Assembly: GCA_000934665.2 (NCBI GenBank)
Contig: KZ538278.1
Location: 1 to 64,000 of the forward strand
Reading direction: 5' to 3'
Origin: Catajapyx aquilonaris
Lineage: Eukaryota
DNA: 64,000 nt
The translations under genes and the position numbers were made by a program. Below the pieces are notes generated by a model. The model was not told the DNA's origin and ran no database searches. It saw only the letters and a program-made list of their open reading frames with translations. This document shows, piece by piece, positions 52,655 through 64,000 of the stretch (position 1 is its first letter; each line of letters starts with the position of its first letter).

Positions 52655-54053
52655 TTAATATTACAGTGTAATAATAAAAAGCAAAGATTATTTGATTACT
52701 GGGTACTGGTTCTGTTTCACTTTATATCAAAATAGGTAATATCCATAATTTTGGCAAAGAAACCGATGTTTATGAACACAACAGCCTTGGAGCAAAATTC
52801 ATTTCTTTTGCAGCAATTTAAGCCTTTCCTTTACCAAGAGGACGCCATATTGATGTTCTGACGGGTGATCACCAGGGCCAAACCAAAGCAAAATCGGAGA
52901 CCTGTCTCGCGCAATTAGCAGCCAATCACTACGTCGTTACCGTCTTTCGTTTTGTTATAAGGATAGAATGCTATCCAAAGACTTCTAACCTTTAGGGACC
53001 TGATTGAGAATTTTGTGATTATGCCTAGCGCCTCTCTCGTCGTGATGGTTTCCTGTTTGCGGGAAATTGTTGTGTCAACACGTGCGTCGTATTTTCATCA
53101 CCAATTCCGACTCATTTCTCACCGTATGATTGGCGCACGCATGGGAATGCTTTTAGATGCACATCTTAGAAAAAGAATATATTGTTAAATGCATTTTAAA
53201 TGCTCACTTTTGGGCATTAAGGGTCATCACTGTCCAAGAAGAGCATATCTGGTCCTGCAGGCCAAATAGAAAATTATGACGACAGTTAGATGAAAATCTG
53301 CCAAGAAACGGCCATTGCGTTTTTTAGGTGGCGTCGCCAGGTATAGTCTAACAACCTTGCGCTTGTATGCTTTCTGAGAGGAAACTTCTTTTGTGAGCAT
53401 AGAAAGAAGAGGGAGATGCAAATATGGCACACACTTTTCCTTTCTCTTTCCGGCCTAGAAAACACTCCCCGAGGCCTTCAAGCTGTGCCTAGGATGGTAT
53501 CCGCTGATCTGATCTGATCATCATCATCATCATCATTATCACGACATTTTCCCTATAGTCAGCGATGAAGGAGCCCTAAGTTGAAGCCCCTTATTAACTA
53601 AAATAACACACATTCATATCAATAAAACAAGTATCAAAATATTAACACGAACAACTCGGAAATATGCGTATATAATCTAATGAGTAATTTCATAACCTCG
53701 CGCTAGAATGATATGTGCATGTGTTATAGCACACATGATCCTCTCGTGTCAAATATAATCACCTAAACTCTATTACAAGCCTTAAAATGAACTTTTCCTA
53801 AGTAACTCCTTAAAATAAGCAGCTTAGAGACAAAAAAATCGCTAACCACTAATTGCATTTCAATTAGACAACCCTGCCTGTGTGTATTATATGCCTACTG
53901 TTTCGTAATATCCGCGATGTTGTATAAGTTAATGCTCTCTTGGACCAACGCTCATTTTATCAGTAGCAAGCAGTAGCAAGACTGTGACGATCAAAATAAT
54001 GATATCTCCACATAAGTGATTCTCTGGTGCCTATGTTCAGCTTATAATTATTA

Positions 54054-54216
54054 AGGTGAAGTGGGGGAAGTGCACACCCGGGGTAAGTGCACATATTGTG
54101 CCGCCATATTGGAATGAAAATGGCTGACGCGTTTTGGTGTCGTCAGCCATTTTCATTCCAATATGGCGGCACAATATGTGCACTTACCCCGGGTGTGCAC
54201 TTCCCCCACTTCACCT
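54054..54216. mobile_element. 163-bp perfect foldback MITE with TA TSD
   Basis: Perfect 78-bp arms including the TA flanks (54052-54129 and 54141-54218), 11-nt loop. Confidence 0.9.
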
Positions 54217-54841
54217 TACCTAAATCCTTACGAAACCCCACGCTGTATGTTTAATTCCAAGCCACGTGTGAAACTTAGACAAGTTTCCGTGACAATTCCA
54301 CCGATACGGATGGAAGCTGATATCTACTTCACGCCGCCGCACCGTGTAGGGGAGAGGAGAAAGGAAACGGACCATTTTTCATGTTTCATTATATTCAGTC
54401 AGTCAGTTACACGAAAGCAAGCTAATACTGACACTACCATTAGTATACCATACAAAGACACAATATAACATACTGCAGTACAATAACAATATTATAGCAC
54501 GTGATGCCGTGTTTTGCGAGCTTCCTTCTTGCGCCTGCAGATTATGCCGTCCGTGTGACAAGGGTGCGGTTGCATAACAGGTCAGGATGAAAGAGGCGTA
54601 GACGGCCGGCCTCGCACAAATTCCTCATGGAGCATTAATTCCCGAACATGGATTTTCTTTCTGTATGGACCAATTTAATGACCATTTACAGGCCTAGTGT
54701 GTCAATAAATCCCTTTTAGTTAAGGTGAACATGCTTACGAATAAATATTGGCTATCTCAACTGGAGTGGTTCAAATAAGTTTGTTCCTCCTCCCAATTGA
54801 CAGGTAGAGTGCTGAAATTACTGCGTGGTGACTGCGTGGTA

Positions 54842-54961
54842 CTGTATCAGTCCAACAAGAATTGTCGCAGCGGCAGCGCACGAACTACAATCTACGAGGA
54901 CAGGGACACGAGAGACTGTAGTTCGTGCGCTGCCGCTGCGACAATTCTTGTTGGACAGCAG
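54842..54961. mobile_element. 120-bp hairpin MITE
   Basis: Perfect 40-bp arms (54850-54889 and 54917-54956), outer ends TA|CTG...CAG|TA. Confidence 0.75.
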
Positions 54962-55374
54962 TACATGTACAACGGGACTAGTCAGTACCTTCACACCACG
55001 AAAACAAGAAACATATAATTATGTTACGCGGCCTGAGAAAAAGTCAACTATCCTATTACTTCTGCAAACTATTCCTCCTCCTAAGCGTACACGGCATGTC
55101 ATACTTTGAGGTATTTTTGGTCAATTGTCCACTAATTTTAATGTAATTACCAGTATGTCTGGTGCAGTCTTCAAGCGGACCATCGACGATAACGACCACG
55201 GTCGGGGTTTTATATAATCGTTGTGTAGGATTAACTACTGCTTAATTACTATAATGTTGTTTTTTTAAAATCCTGCAGTTGAAAGGACCATCAAGGTCTT
55301 CCAAGGTAGAATAATGATACTCATCTTGGTGGAAAATTGCCGTCATACAGAAAAAGGCACTCCTACACATATGT

Positions 55375-55428
55375 GCTGGTTTTATCACCCTTAAACGCAA
55401 TATTGCGTTTAAGGGTGATAAAACCAGC
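55375..55428. repeat. 54-bp perfect palindrome without spacer
   Basis: GCTGGTTTTATCACCCTTAAACGCAAT|ATTGCGTTTAAGGGTGATAAAACCAGC. Confidence 0.97.
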
Positions 55429-56219
55429 CAAGTCGAATAGAAATAGAAATAGAAGGAAAACACGACTTTGTCGCATTGTGCAGGAGTGCTTTTTCAGCAG
55501 AAAGGCACTATTGACCACAGTTCTCATCGCCGAATATCTGCGACATTTAATCTTGATTTAGTCCTTTCGAACATGCCTATAATGCCTTGATATAAGTTAC
55601 TCGGTATTTGCCAGTTTCTAGGCAGATGTATAGAGTACAAAAAACGATTTGGAAAAACTCTGACACTTCTATATGGATAAGTTTAAGTTATAGTGCAGGG
55701 ATACCCAACCTCTGGCCTTTCATTGTGGCCCGCGAAAGGGAAGCTTCCCCAAAAAATATTAAATTACGTAAAGGGGCAAAATTAAATAATCCAAGAGTTG
55801 ATGACAGAAAACGGCAAGTCAGAATCGGAGTTGACGTATGATCTGAAGTGGTTGATGACTTCCTTTGCCTTCATGACATTTCTTCTCATTTACACGACTT
55901 GAATTTGAATCTTCGTTCAAAGGATCAATTGAAGCCTTTTTCCAAAAACCACATGTCAAAAAATGTCACTCTTTAGGAGACACAAAACATACATTTCCTG
56001 CTCTTCAAAAGAGGATATTCACAGATTTTTTTTAAAAAAATTGTGTCTTTTGGACACACGGATGTGACATATCAGGACATGAAATGACACAAAACAAAGG
56101 CTGTGCCGGTGTAGTCGCGGATGTAGTATTATGATTGGTCATTCGATCACTCGACACAGACGCAGTGTGCCTTTGTTATAAGGACACCCCCCCCCCCTCC
56201 TTCAAAGAGACCGTCCAGT

Positions 56220-56600
56220 CAGATAGGGAAGCAACAAAATGTTGAGCACCGATCGGTAATCCATTTTTGAACCGCGGAAGGTGTCGGAAGTACAGAATTC
56301 CATCTCACAGTCAGTATGAGTAGGCCTACCGTGTACGAAAACTGTATATCTTTGCCACATGTTAAAGTCTGGAGTAATCGGTTTGCTTGCACTGCTCTGA
56401 AATCACCAGTCAACGACAACGGCCCCTCTCGGAACCGCTTACTCCAGGCTCTAACACGTGACAAAGACACAGTTTTCGTACACGGTAGACGGTAGTCACA
56501 CTGATTGTCAGAAGTAGATCCTGGCATGGAATTGTTAGTAAAAAAACAAACATAATCAGTCTTCTTATAAACTGAATCCTTCAACCCCTTGGTGATTGTA
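56220..56600 (-). mobile_element. Mariner transposase N-terminal relic inside the hAT element
   Basis: VSLSRVRAWSKRFREGPLSLTGDFR resembles LSxSRVxEWxKRFxEGRxSLxDDxRSGRP. Confidence 0.65.
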
Positions 56601-56646
56601 CTGTATCAAAATACATGTAAAAGCAGTTGGTGTCCTTTTTGTAAAT

Positions 56647-57413
56647 GAGTCATTCCATGGTAATCCTGTAAATCACTGTAAATCTCGAGGTACGACTGGA
56701 CCAATTAGGACTTTTGGTATGTCAATAGATTCCTTGGATCATCCCCTATTCAGAAATGCATAAACCATTCTTTACCCGTGAGCGATAAGTGATCGGCGAA
56801 TTGTCAAACGTATGGGTGCATAAGGCGGTGCACGGAATCATCATTGCCACCGTATAAACATACTCATAATATTGGTCCAGTCCTACCTCAAGAAATATGA
56901 GCTCGAAATTCGGCGAAATGGGGTGATTTATATTTTCTGGATTTTTAATTTCCAACCCTGCTTGACCTATCACAATGAAGTGTTGTATGTGCATTTAGGT
57001 AACGGTGATTGCCCTATATCCTAAATATCACTTTGTTAAAATCATAATGTTATAAGTTACGGCTATCGGAGTGATTTACACATATCTACGAATTTTTTTT
57101 CAATGTCGTTTTTCGAGTTAGGTAGAATATTTTGTAACCATGTTATTATTCCGCTCTGCATTCCCTTCCATTTGATATTTAATATGTTGGTGTTGGGAGA
57201 ACAGTCTGAACAGTTAAAAATACTAACTTTATATGGACGTCATCATTGTTGAACTTTCCATTGTTATATCTCCGTAAGATTTGACTCGAGCTGCCTCAAA
57301 TTTAGGATTTCGCAATAAGGTGTGGATCTCTATCTACCTGATTTTTCAGTTACATCGGAAGTGGTCGAGCCACAACTTTTCAGACAATTTACAGAATTGA
57401 GATGGAATGACCC
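56647..57413. mobile_element. Sola2-like non-autonomous element inside the hAT element
   Basis: GAGTCATTCCAT...ATGGAATGACCC termini (GRG type), 4-bp TSD AAAT on both sides. A matching end TGGAATGACCC also occurs near 41219-41229. Confidence 0.8.
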
Positions 57414-58469
57414 AAATCCATTGGTTTACAAAACAATGCTATTACATGGAGTCGAATTCAGAAACAACTCTCGAAGGAAATACTTTATCATCTAAAAGTT
57501 AAAGAATCCCATGATAAAGTGCACAGAACGATGCAGTAATTAGTTTTAAGTGTTTTTACTCAACAAATCCATTTTTGTTGCACCTTAATTCGAGCATAAA
57601 CGAGTCTGACCCGCGACATGTACAGTACCAAATTTTCTAATTGGCCCGCGACTACCAAAATGTTTGAGCACCCCTGTAATAGTGAGTTCTTGATATTATT
57701 GAAGTTTGCATTTTTGTTAGCAATTTGGCATTAAGATACTTTATAAAGTAGTTTCTTTAGAGTGGGAGCAAGTGAGAATGAACTTCCACCAGATTAATAC
57801 TGATACGGATATGAGTTAAATTCTGTAACGCAGTGTAATAGATGACAATATTATGAGGAATATACTCGTATTTTAAAAGTCTGTGGCGGGCGTATAGCTC
57901 GCAAAAAAATATGTAAAAGCAATTTTCTCAGTTTTCACTAAGTCAAAATGAAAGTCAAAATGAAAAGTCACTTGCATTGCCGTAAGCTTGGGTATTTCAT
58001 TTCCTAAAGTAATGCTTCCATTACCTAATATTACTTCGTGATTTTTTTAAATTCTTGATAACTCCTAATCGTAACTGCAGGGAAGTACATTCTGTAAAAT
58101 AAGCAGCTTAGTTTGGAAAAAATTGCGTCCTGAAAGAACACACTGCTTTTATAGGCCTACAGTAAAAGGAAGTAAAATTTTGCCAAAGATATTTTTGATT
58201 GCACCCTGCACAAGACATAAACATAACTGCATGAACTACCAGTTCCTGGATGACAGTTGCTCTTATTCAATCGATAACGTTGGAGGAATCCACAACTAGA
58301 TCACGTGGAAAATGATTTGCCAATGTTTTGGTTCAATTGATCCATCACCTCAGGTTGTTTGTCATGAGCAAGGTCTGGGTTTATTTAACTCAATGCGCAG
58401 GCTAGCGCCAAGTAATTGGATACCAAGTTATTTTGAAAAGAGTGTATTGCTATAAACTACGAGTAAATA

Positions 58470-59438
58470 CAGGGTGTCCACAATGAACGTCCCTAGTTTC
58501 AAAGAGAAGTAAAAATATAGACATGGATTTAAGGTTTTGGTTGTTTAAACTGTCTCGATACACCGAAGCAGTAGTGGTGGAGTGGATATGGTGTCCGACT
58601 GCTAATGGGAGGTCCTGGGTTCTAGTCCCGGAGGCCGGCGGTCCTGACCTTGGTTTTCTGTGGTTTTCCAAGGTCGCCCCAGGAAAATTTCCGGGATCGT
58701 ACCGTAAAATAGGCCACAGCCGCTTCCTTCCTTTCCCTGTCCTGGAGGGGGTGCAGTGTCGGTGGGGGATTTCTGACCAGCACCTAGGGGGTTGTCTTGC
58801 AACCTGACCCCCTGGGGGACTGCACACGAACCCCAACTTGATGACATTGCACTTGCACCAGTGTCCCCCCCCCCCCTCATCATCCCTATCCTGTCCCCTG
58901 CACAAATGGTGGTATTCCACTCCCCTAAGAGGGCCTAGCTAGGGCTCTAGCACGGGGTATAAAAAAACTGTCTCGATACTCAACAAGTTTCATCCTGAAT
59001 TTTTGGAACAGCCTATGTGATGTGGTGGTGCTCCTGTGGGGGATGCTGTTGGAAGATGCAAACATAGCATCTGCAGAGGGAAAAATGCAAGTTGTGTGGT
59101 TATTAGCCGAGTTGTAGTCGATCACAGAAGTGCTGGGCATACTGGACATTAGCCATTTCCACAACTCCAAGACAGAGTCTATGCAACTAAAGTGAACAGC
59201 CCAAATAATGACGTGTCCTCCATCACCCCTGACTTGCTGGAGAGCACCTCGGGGTGGGAGATTATTGTCTTAAAATTGTGCTTGCTACTAAAGGAACACA
59301 CGTGGAAGGCTACCGATTTTTTTTTTCGCATAAACTTGATGAGTGTTCCTTCTCATTTGCACAATTTAGACACCATGGTCCTGTAACTTGCTTAATAATA
59401 GCAAGTTGAAACTAGGGAGGTTTATTGTGGACACCCTG
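58470..59438 (+). mobile_element. Internally deleted Tc1/mariner-superfamily element carrying a SINE
   Basis: 33-bp TIRs CAGGGTGTCCACAAT(G/A)AAC(G/C)TCCCTAGTTTCAA, TA TSD, remnants of transposase N-terminus (ASAEGKMQVVWLLAEL) and C-terminus (DRVYATKV...SITPDLLE...ATKGTHVE). Confidence 0.92.
58562..58964 (+). mobile_element. tRNA-derived SINE, family A, copy 2 (full length)
   Basis: A-box-like TGGTGGAGTGG, B-box GGTTCTAGTCC, A tail, perfect 15-bp TSD AAACTGTCTCGATAC (58547-58561 and 58965-58979), paralog at 16437-16835. Confidence 0.95.
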
Positions 59439-59979
59439 TACAGTTTGAGCGAGGAATCTATTGTCTAATCAGTGCATTGCTCTATAGCATTTATGAATGT
59501 TAGTAAGACTGTAACTGTAGTGTATTACATACGTGCCGACACAGATACAGCATGTAATACATTCTTCTTATACTGTATAGGTGCAGAACGTTAGCCTTTA
59601 TACTGTATATTTAGCCCTATATACAAACCGATGTCTTTGACTCTTCAAAGGTATCTTGAATCAAGTCCAATAGGTAACTTTTAAGGTAGGCTATCAAGAT
59701 GCACGGCAGTGCATCCGCCAAGTCTCAGCCACTTCCACCGCCACTGACCCGCACTATAGCCCCTTCTCTCATTATTTTACTCTGACGTCTCGCGCTGCCG
59801 TGTATCTTTACTGGAGCCAACTCGTACTCTACACTTCGGCATTTTCTAGTTCGGCACAGGAAAATGCTGCAAGTCAAATGAACAGGCCATAATTATGCTA
59901 GATCTGAGGTGAAACTTGTTACAAGGCCAATATATTGGGTCTTTGATACCACTAGTCTAAATTAATACGCAACACTTAA

Positions 59980-60469
59980 AGGGACACTCCACTCAAAATA
60001 CAAGTTGGGCTCTAAAAATCGGGCAAAAAATCCTGACTCCGAGGGTATAAACAGTTTTTCTGAGAGACGAACGATAAGGCCAGGGCGAAAGCTGGAAGTG
60101 TGTCGTTCGAAAACCGCGCTCAAACGGGCCCGGCGCCACCCCAAGGGTGACGTTGGATAGTAGCGCCGCCCTTCCCAACGGCAACTTCGATAAGTTGCCT
60201 GCGGGCATGGGGATTCGTGGGGATCTGGTCGGATCTGGTTATGTCCGAAGCCAACTTCCCCTAGCGCCCGTTGGGAAGGGCGGCGCTCTATCCAACGTCG
60301 CCTAACTTGGCCAGGTGGCCAGGCGGCGCCACCCCTCGAATTTTTTCCGACTTTCGTCTCTTCCCCTGACATTACCGTTCGTCTCAGAGATAAACGGATG
60401 GTATCACCGGAATCGGGATTTTTTGCCTGATTTTTACAGATCAACTTGTATTTTGAGTGGAGTGTCCCT
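59980..60469. mobile_element. Kolobok-like palindromic MITE, 490 bp
   Basis: TTAA|AGGGACACTCCACTCAAAATACAAGTTG...CAACTTGTATTTTGAGTGGAGTGTCCCT|TTAA. TTAA TSD with RR/YY termini, and imperfect inverted symmetry over almost the whole length. Confidence 0.88.
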
Positions 60470-61249
60470 TTAAGCGTGCAGTTTTGTGAGACTGTGTGGA
60501 CTGTGTGAACTGTAATAAACCCACAATACGTCTTTTTCTCTCAAATATTTTAAAATAAGTCAGTTTTTATTTCTTCGTGAAGAACCCGCATAAAAACGGA
60601 TATTTTGATAACCTGCTTTGCAGGCTGACTTTCCCCAGTGAAAATTCATACAGAGTCAAAAATTAATATTGTATCCCCAATGTTGTAAACTCTGGGAGCC
60701 ATAAAAGTGCAGCTATTAATATTTGAATGCCCTATTACAGTGCAATAATTGCAAACACGGTGCCCTTCCCATGGGAAGGACAATATTCCCATAGGAATGT
60801 CCATGTCCCTCGTACAAAACGAAACAATGTTATTGTGCCGGTGACTGAGAATGGCCCTTTTGTTCCATTACTCAGCCTCGAATTCTGTTTCGCTATCAGA
60901 TATGACCGATTTTAATTAGGGAGTGACCCGAGCATAAACTGCGGCCATGTTATTGGCGAAAATAATGAACCCCGCGTGTAAAAATCAATGACCATAAAAT
61001 CCCGTTAAGACCAACAAAAGTGCAGGTTCATTTTCAGGGTGCTGATTACCGCTCCGTTTGCACACATCACTCGCAACAAGTCATATTGATGTTGCAGCCC
61101 AGCTTTGACTGTTATTAAGCACTGCGGCGTGTAATTATTGAATACCAATGAGGGTTGTGCCTTTGACGTGGACTGATGTGGATCGGGGTAGGTGGGTCAG
61201 AGTGGGCAAGAAGACCCCTAAAATGGCCCACAATCAGGCTTTCAAAAAA

Positions 61250-61760
61250 AATTGATACGTGAGTCTGTAAGTGAGTTGGGGTCCAGATTCTCCGGAGGAA
61301 AATCCGGCAGCAGGCCTAATCCATACTGGCCTCGTGGTTGGCATGTCCGAGGTGCGATTAGGCAGCAAGCCGAGGGTCTTCTCTCCCCAAAAGCGTGGGA
61401 ATGCTAGGAATGAAGAAGATGAATGGTTGCCACTGGCGTTCCGACTGCTCGACTTGGCCTCACAGCCTCTCCCTCCGACGACCATGCCCTCCTCTTTTTA
61501 TCGGTGAGAATGAGGCAGGGAGGGTCACAAACACAGAAATCAATCCGCAGATTCTGGTTTCTGGCCTTTGTTGAGGACAGGAAGGCGGTGGGAATTTTAT
61601 TTGTTGGGCGTATATACGGGGGATCCGATTTCGATGCGATTGGAATACCTTCCGGTGTTGGTATCTCCAGCCATTTATATTGCTATTTTTTTTCTAGCGC
61701 TAGATGCGGGCTGCCGTGAATAGTTTCCAAGTCTGGTCTTAGACAAGGCGATGCCCTGTT
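61250..61760 (+). mobile_element. RTE-like LINE RT relic
   Basis: KRGNARNEEDEWLPLAFRLL (like KKGDxxxCxNYRGISLL), DFDAIG (like AFDSI) and a clear SGLRQGDAL at about 61733-61759. Confidence 0.55.
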
Positions 61761-62819
61761 TGAAAATAGAGACTACCGCAAATAGTTGAGGACGTATGAA
61801 ATTAAATAGCCGATGAAAGAGAGCCTTGTTGTGGCCTACCTGTTACTGTATAGTTAACAACATTTCAGAACGTGTAATGTTTCCAATATCTTCTATTGGG
61901 ACATTCCTTTTCCAAGCCAAGGAATATTGAGGAAGGCTGCTCTTACTTTTGATTTCTATTCCGGATAGTGTTTCAGTTACCTGATTCTTGACTGCCACGC
62001 GTATGTGTTAGAAAGGGGCATTGAACGACAATGGTCACAGACACAATAAAGGATGGCAATATTGCTTTCTGGACCGTCTAAGGCTCTAGGAATTTAGAAG
62101 TTCTTGGTGCCCCGTATGTTAACCTACAGTAGGCTATAATTCAAGATAAGCACAAAGAAAATTTTGAAATGTCAGTTATAGTTCGGTCAACATAAGAACG
62201 CAACCGAGTGGCGGACAGGATGCAACACTGGAATCAGAAGTGATCTGTATGGCCATGCCAATGCAATGTCAGAAATAAGTGGAACCTACAACAGATCATA
62301 TCGTGTTTATGCACAGATCACTTCTCATTCCAGGATTGCATCCTGTGCCTCACACTCGGTTGCGTTCTTATGTTGACCGATCGATAGCAGGGTACAGTGA
62401 CAGGACTTTTAACAATGTTTTTCTCAGGGTGGAAGCTTTCAACTCTTTTAGAATATCATATATCCAAAAATCCAAAAATCACCATTTAGAACCCAGTTTT
62501 TTTTAGTGCCCTATTCACGCACTAACTTGTAAGTCTCTCCCTATTTGAGAATCCGACTCTTCGTATACGTCATAGATGAATGTACATTGTACAGTAACAA
62601 GTCAAATATTCATAGGGCGGAGGGCATGAGGGTCACTTGGCTGTGCGTATATGATTCACGTTCAATATTGTCCCAAAACTTTTTGCAGGGCATGTATTAG
62701 GCCCATGTCGCATTTTCCAGTGACAAATACTCTGTAGCCAGCTAGTTTACACCGCTGTAAATAACAAAGTCTCCTGGGTTAAAACACAAGGAACATAAGA
62801 AATGTAATTGACTGTAATC

Positions 62820-63500
62820 CCCCGGCTCAATTGTCAGCAAGAAAAAGCAGAGGGAGAAGCGAAGAACTTTTCAAAGCTCCTCCAGCCAATCGATCGTACA
62901 TAAAAGTGTTCAGTGTTAAGGTGGCGCATAAATCTCCAATCACTTGGGAAATGACCAAAAAAGGCTTCGTTTGGCTTCCTTTCCACGTCCTGATGTGACT
63001 GGGGACCACGTCGCAACTCCAGCACCCAGAAAATTTTGATAAATGATGTAAACCTTAAAACCCCCAGATGAAAGCTGGTTCCCATCATTCCTCGGAAGAC
63101 ACCACCAACCATCAGCAAGCGTCCTGAGCTGGCAGGCTTGCCGGAGAGAATTATATTAGACTCGATGCTAATAATGCCTGATGACAGCTGATTCCTGTGA
63201 CTTCATTAGGGTTCATTACTGAAATGGCTTCAAGATTAACTGGGTGCATTGCAGCGAAAACGGCACAGGTCCAGAAGCAAGTTGGCTCCCCCAGACTGGC
63301 AAGCTATAGTTGTAATAGCATATGACACGTCCCATGTATAAGCACTTAATGTGTTGACTAGAAAATGGATAAATTTCGTAATTGACTTCTGGTGGAAACC
63401 GGATGAAGGAAGGATAAACACGTCTTTCGTAGTAGATCACTTGAGAAAATGATCCAGCCGAAGCCCCTCTGTTGACCTGCTGTCACAAAGTAAACTTGGC
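62820..63500 (-). mobile_element. Ancient LINE RT relic
   Basis: TKPFLVISQVIGDLCATLTLNTFMYD...LLFLADN resembles TxxFxVxxGVRQGDxLSPxLFNxFMD...LLFADD. Confidence 0.55.
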
Positions 63501-64000
63501 TCAAATTGAGGAAGGCTCAGAATAACCTGGTCATCACGGGTGGAGCGTTTCTCAAAGAAAACGACAGCAAATATAGATTCGGTTCGGCTACTTTTCCCCC
63601 CCCACCAGGCTCAATTAACAAATTGCAAGGATGATCATAGTTACCTGACAACTGAAAGCGCGGATAGGTTGTAAAGTGCGGACATGACCTGCTTAAGCGT
63701 TACCTGGGTAGGGCTCAAACGCAGCGATTAAAGGTGTCCCCGTACAAAACTCTACCATAAAAACACCTTTCGTACTAATGAAAAGGCCATCTAGAGGCTG
63801 GCAATTATTTCCGAGCGTGACTGCCCCCCAATCGTCATCCTCACATCTGAAATTGGCAAGGCCCCCCCATTATATTTTTCCCTCCATTACATTCCTGCAC
63901 AGCAGCACCTGCTCTTGGCAATACATCCATAATTGCTCCCTGCCATTGTTCCCTCCCAGTCCCAAATAAATGGCCGGAAATGGAGCGCCCTCAAATTCGA

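Larger units (their letters stand above)
55696..57676 (+). mobile_element. Deleted hAT (Buster/SPIN-like) transposon with nested insertions
   Basis: Ends CAGGGATACCCAA...TTGAGCACCCCTG, 8-bp TSD TTATAGTG/TAATAGTG (7 of 8), subterminal TGGCCCGCGA at both ends, transposase remnant LHDISSHLHDLNLNLRSKDQL near 55870-55930. Confidence 0.85.

Noticed and set aside
1..64000. ORFs in the supplied track as genuine genes
   Set aside because: All are 160 aa or shorter, many use non-ATG starts, none forms an operon or a recognisable host protein, and the meaningful ones are transposon relics.
1..64000. CRISPR array or other prokaryotic system
   Set aside because: No regularly spaced direct repeats with unique spacers, and the sequence is eukaryotic and repeat-rich.

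Overview
This window is eukaryotic, probably arthropod (internal TTAGG repeats, tRNA-derived SINEs, Tc1/mariner and Sola-type elements), and reads as an intronic or intergenic transposon graveyard. I found no intact protein-coding gene, rRNA, true tRNA or CRISPR array. The ORF track is explained by chance, by palindromes and by decayed non-LTR retrotransposon ORF2 sequence. Two layers are visible. The old layer is about 20 heavily diverged LINE relics (endonuclease, RT and C-terminal parts) on both strands, recognised only from residual motif order, so their boundaries are approximate. The young layer is DNA-transposon derivatives with readable TIRs and target-site duplications (Tc1/mariner, hAT, piggyBac-like, Kolobok-like, Sola-like, short foldback MITEs) plus four SINE copies. 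The best-supported observations are a filled/empty site pair in a TTAGG-bearing MITE family, a SINE inside a Tc1 derivative with a 15-bp TSD, a hAT element holding mariner and Sola-like inserts, and three near-perfect hairpins within 1.4 kb. I could not support a new biological system here. All family assignments are by eye, without database searches.
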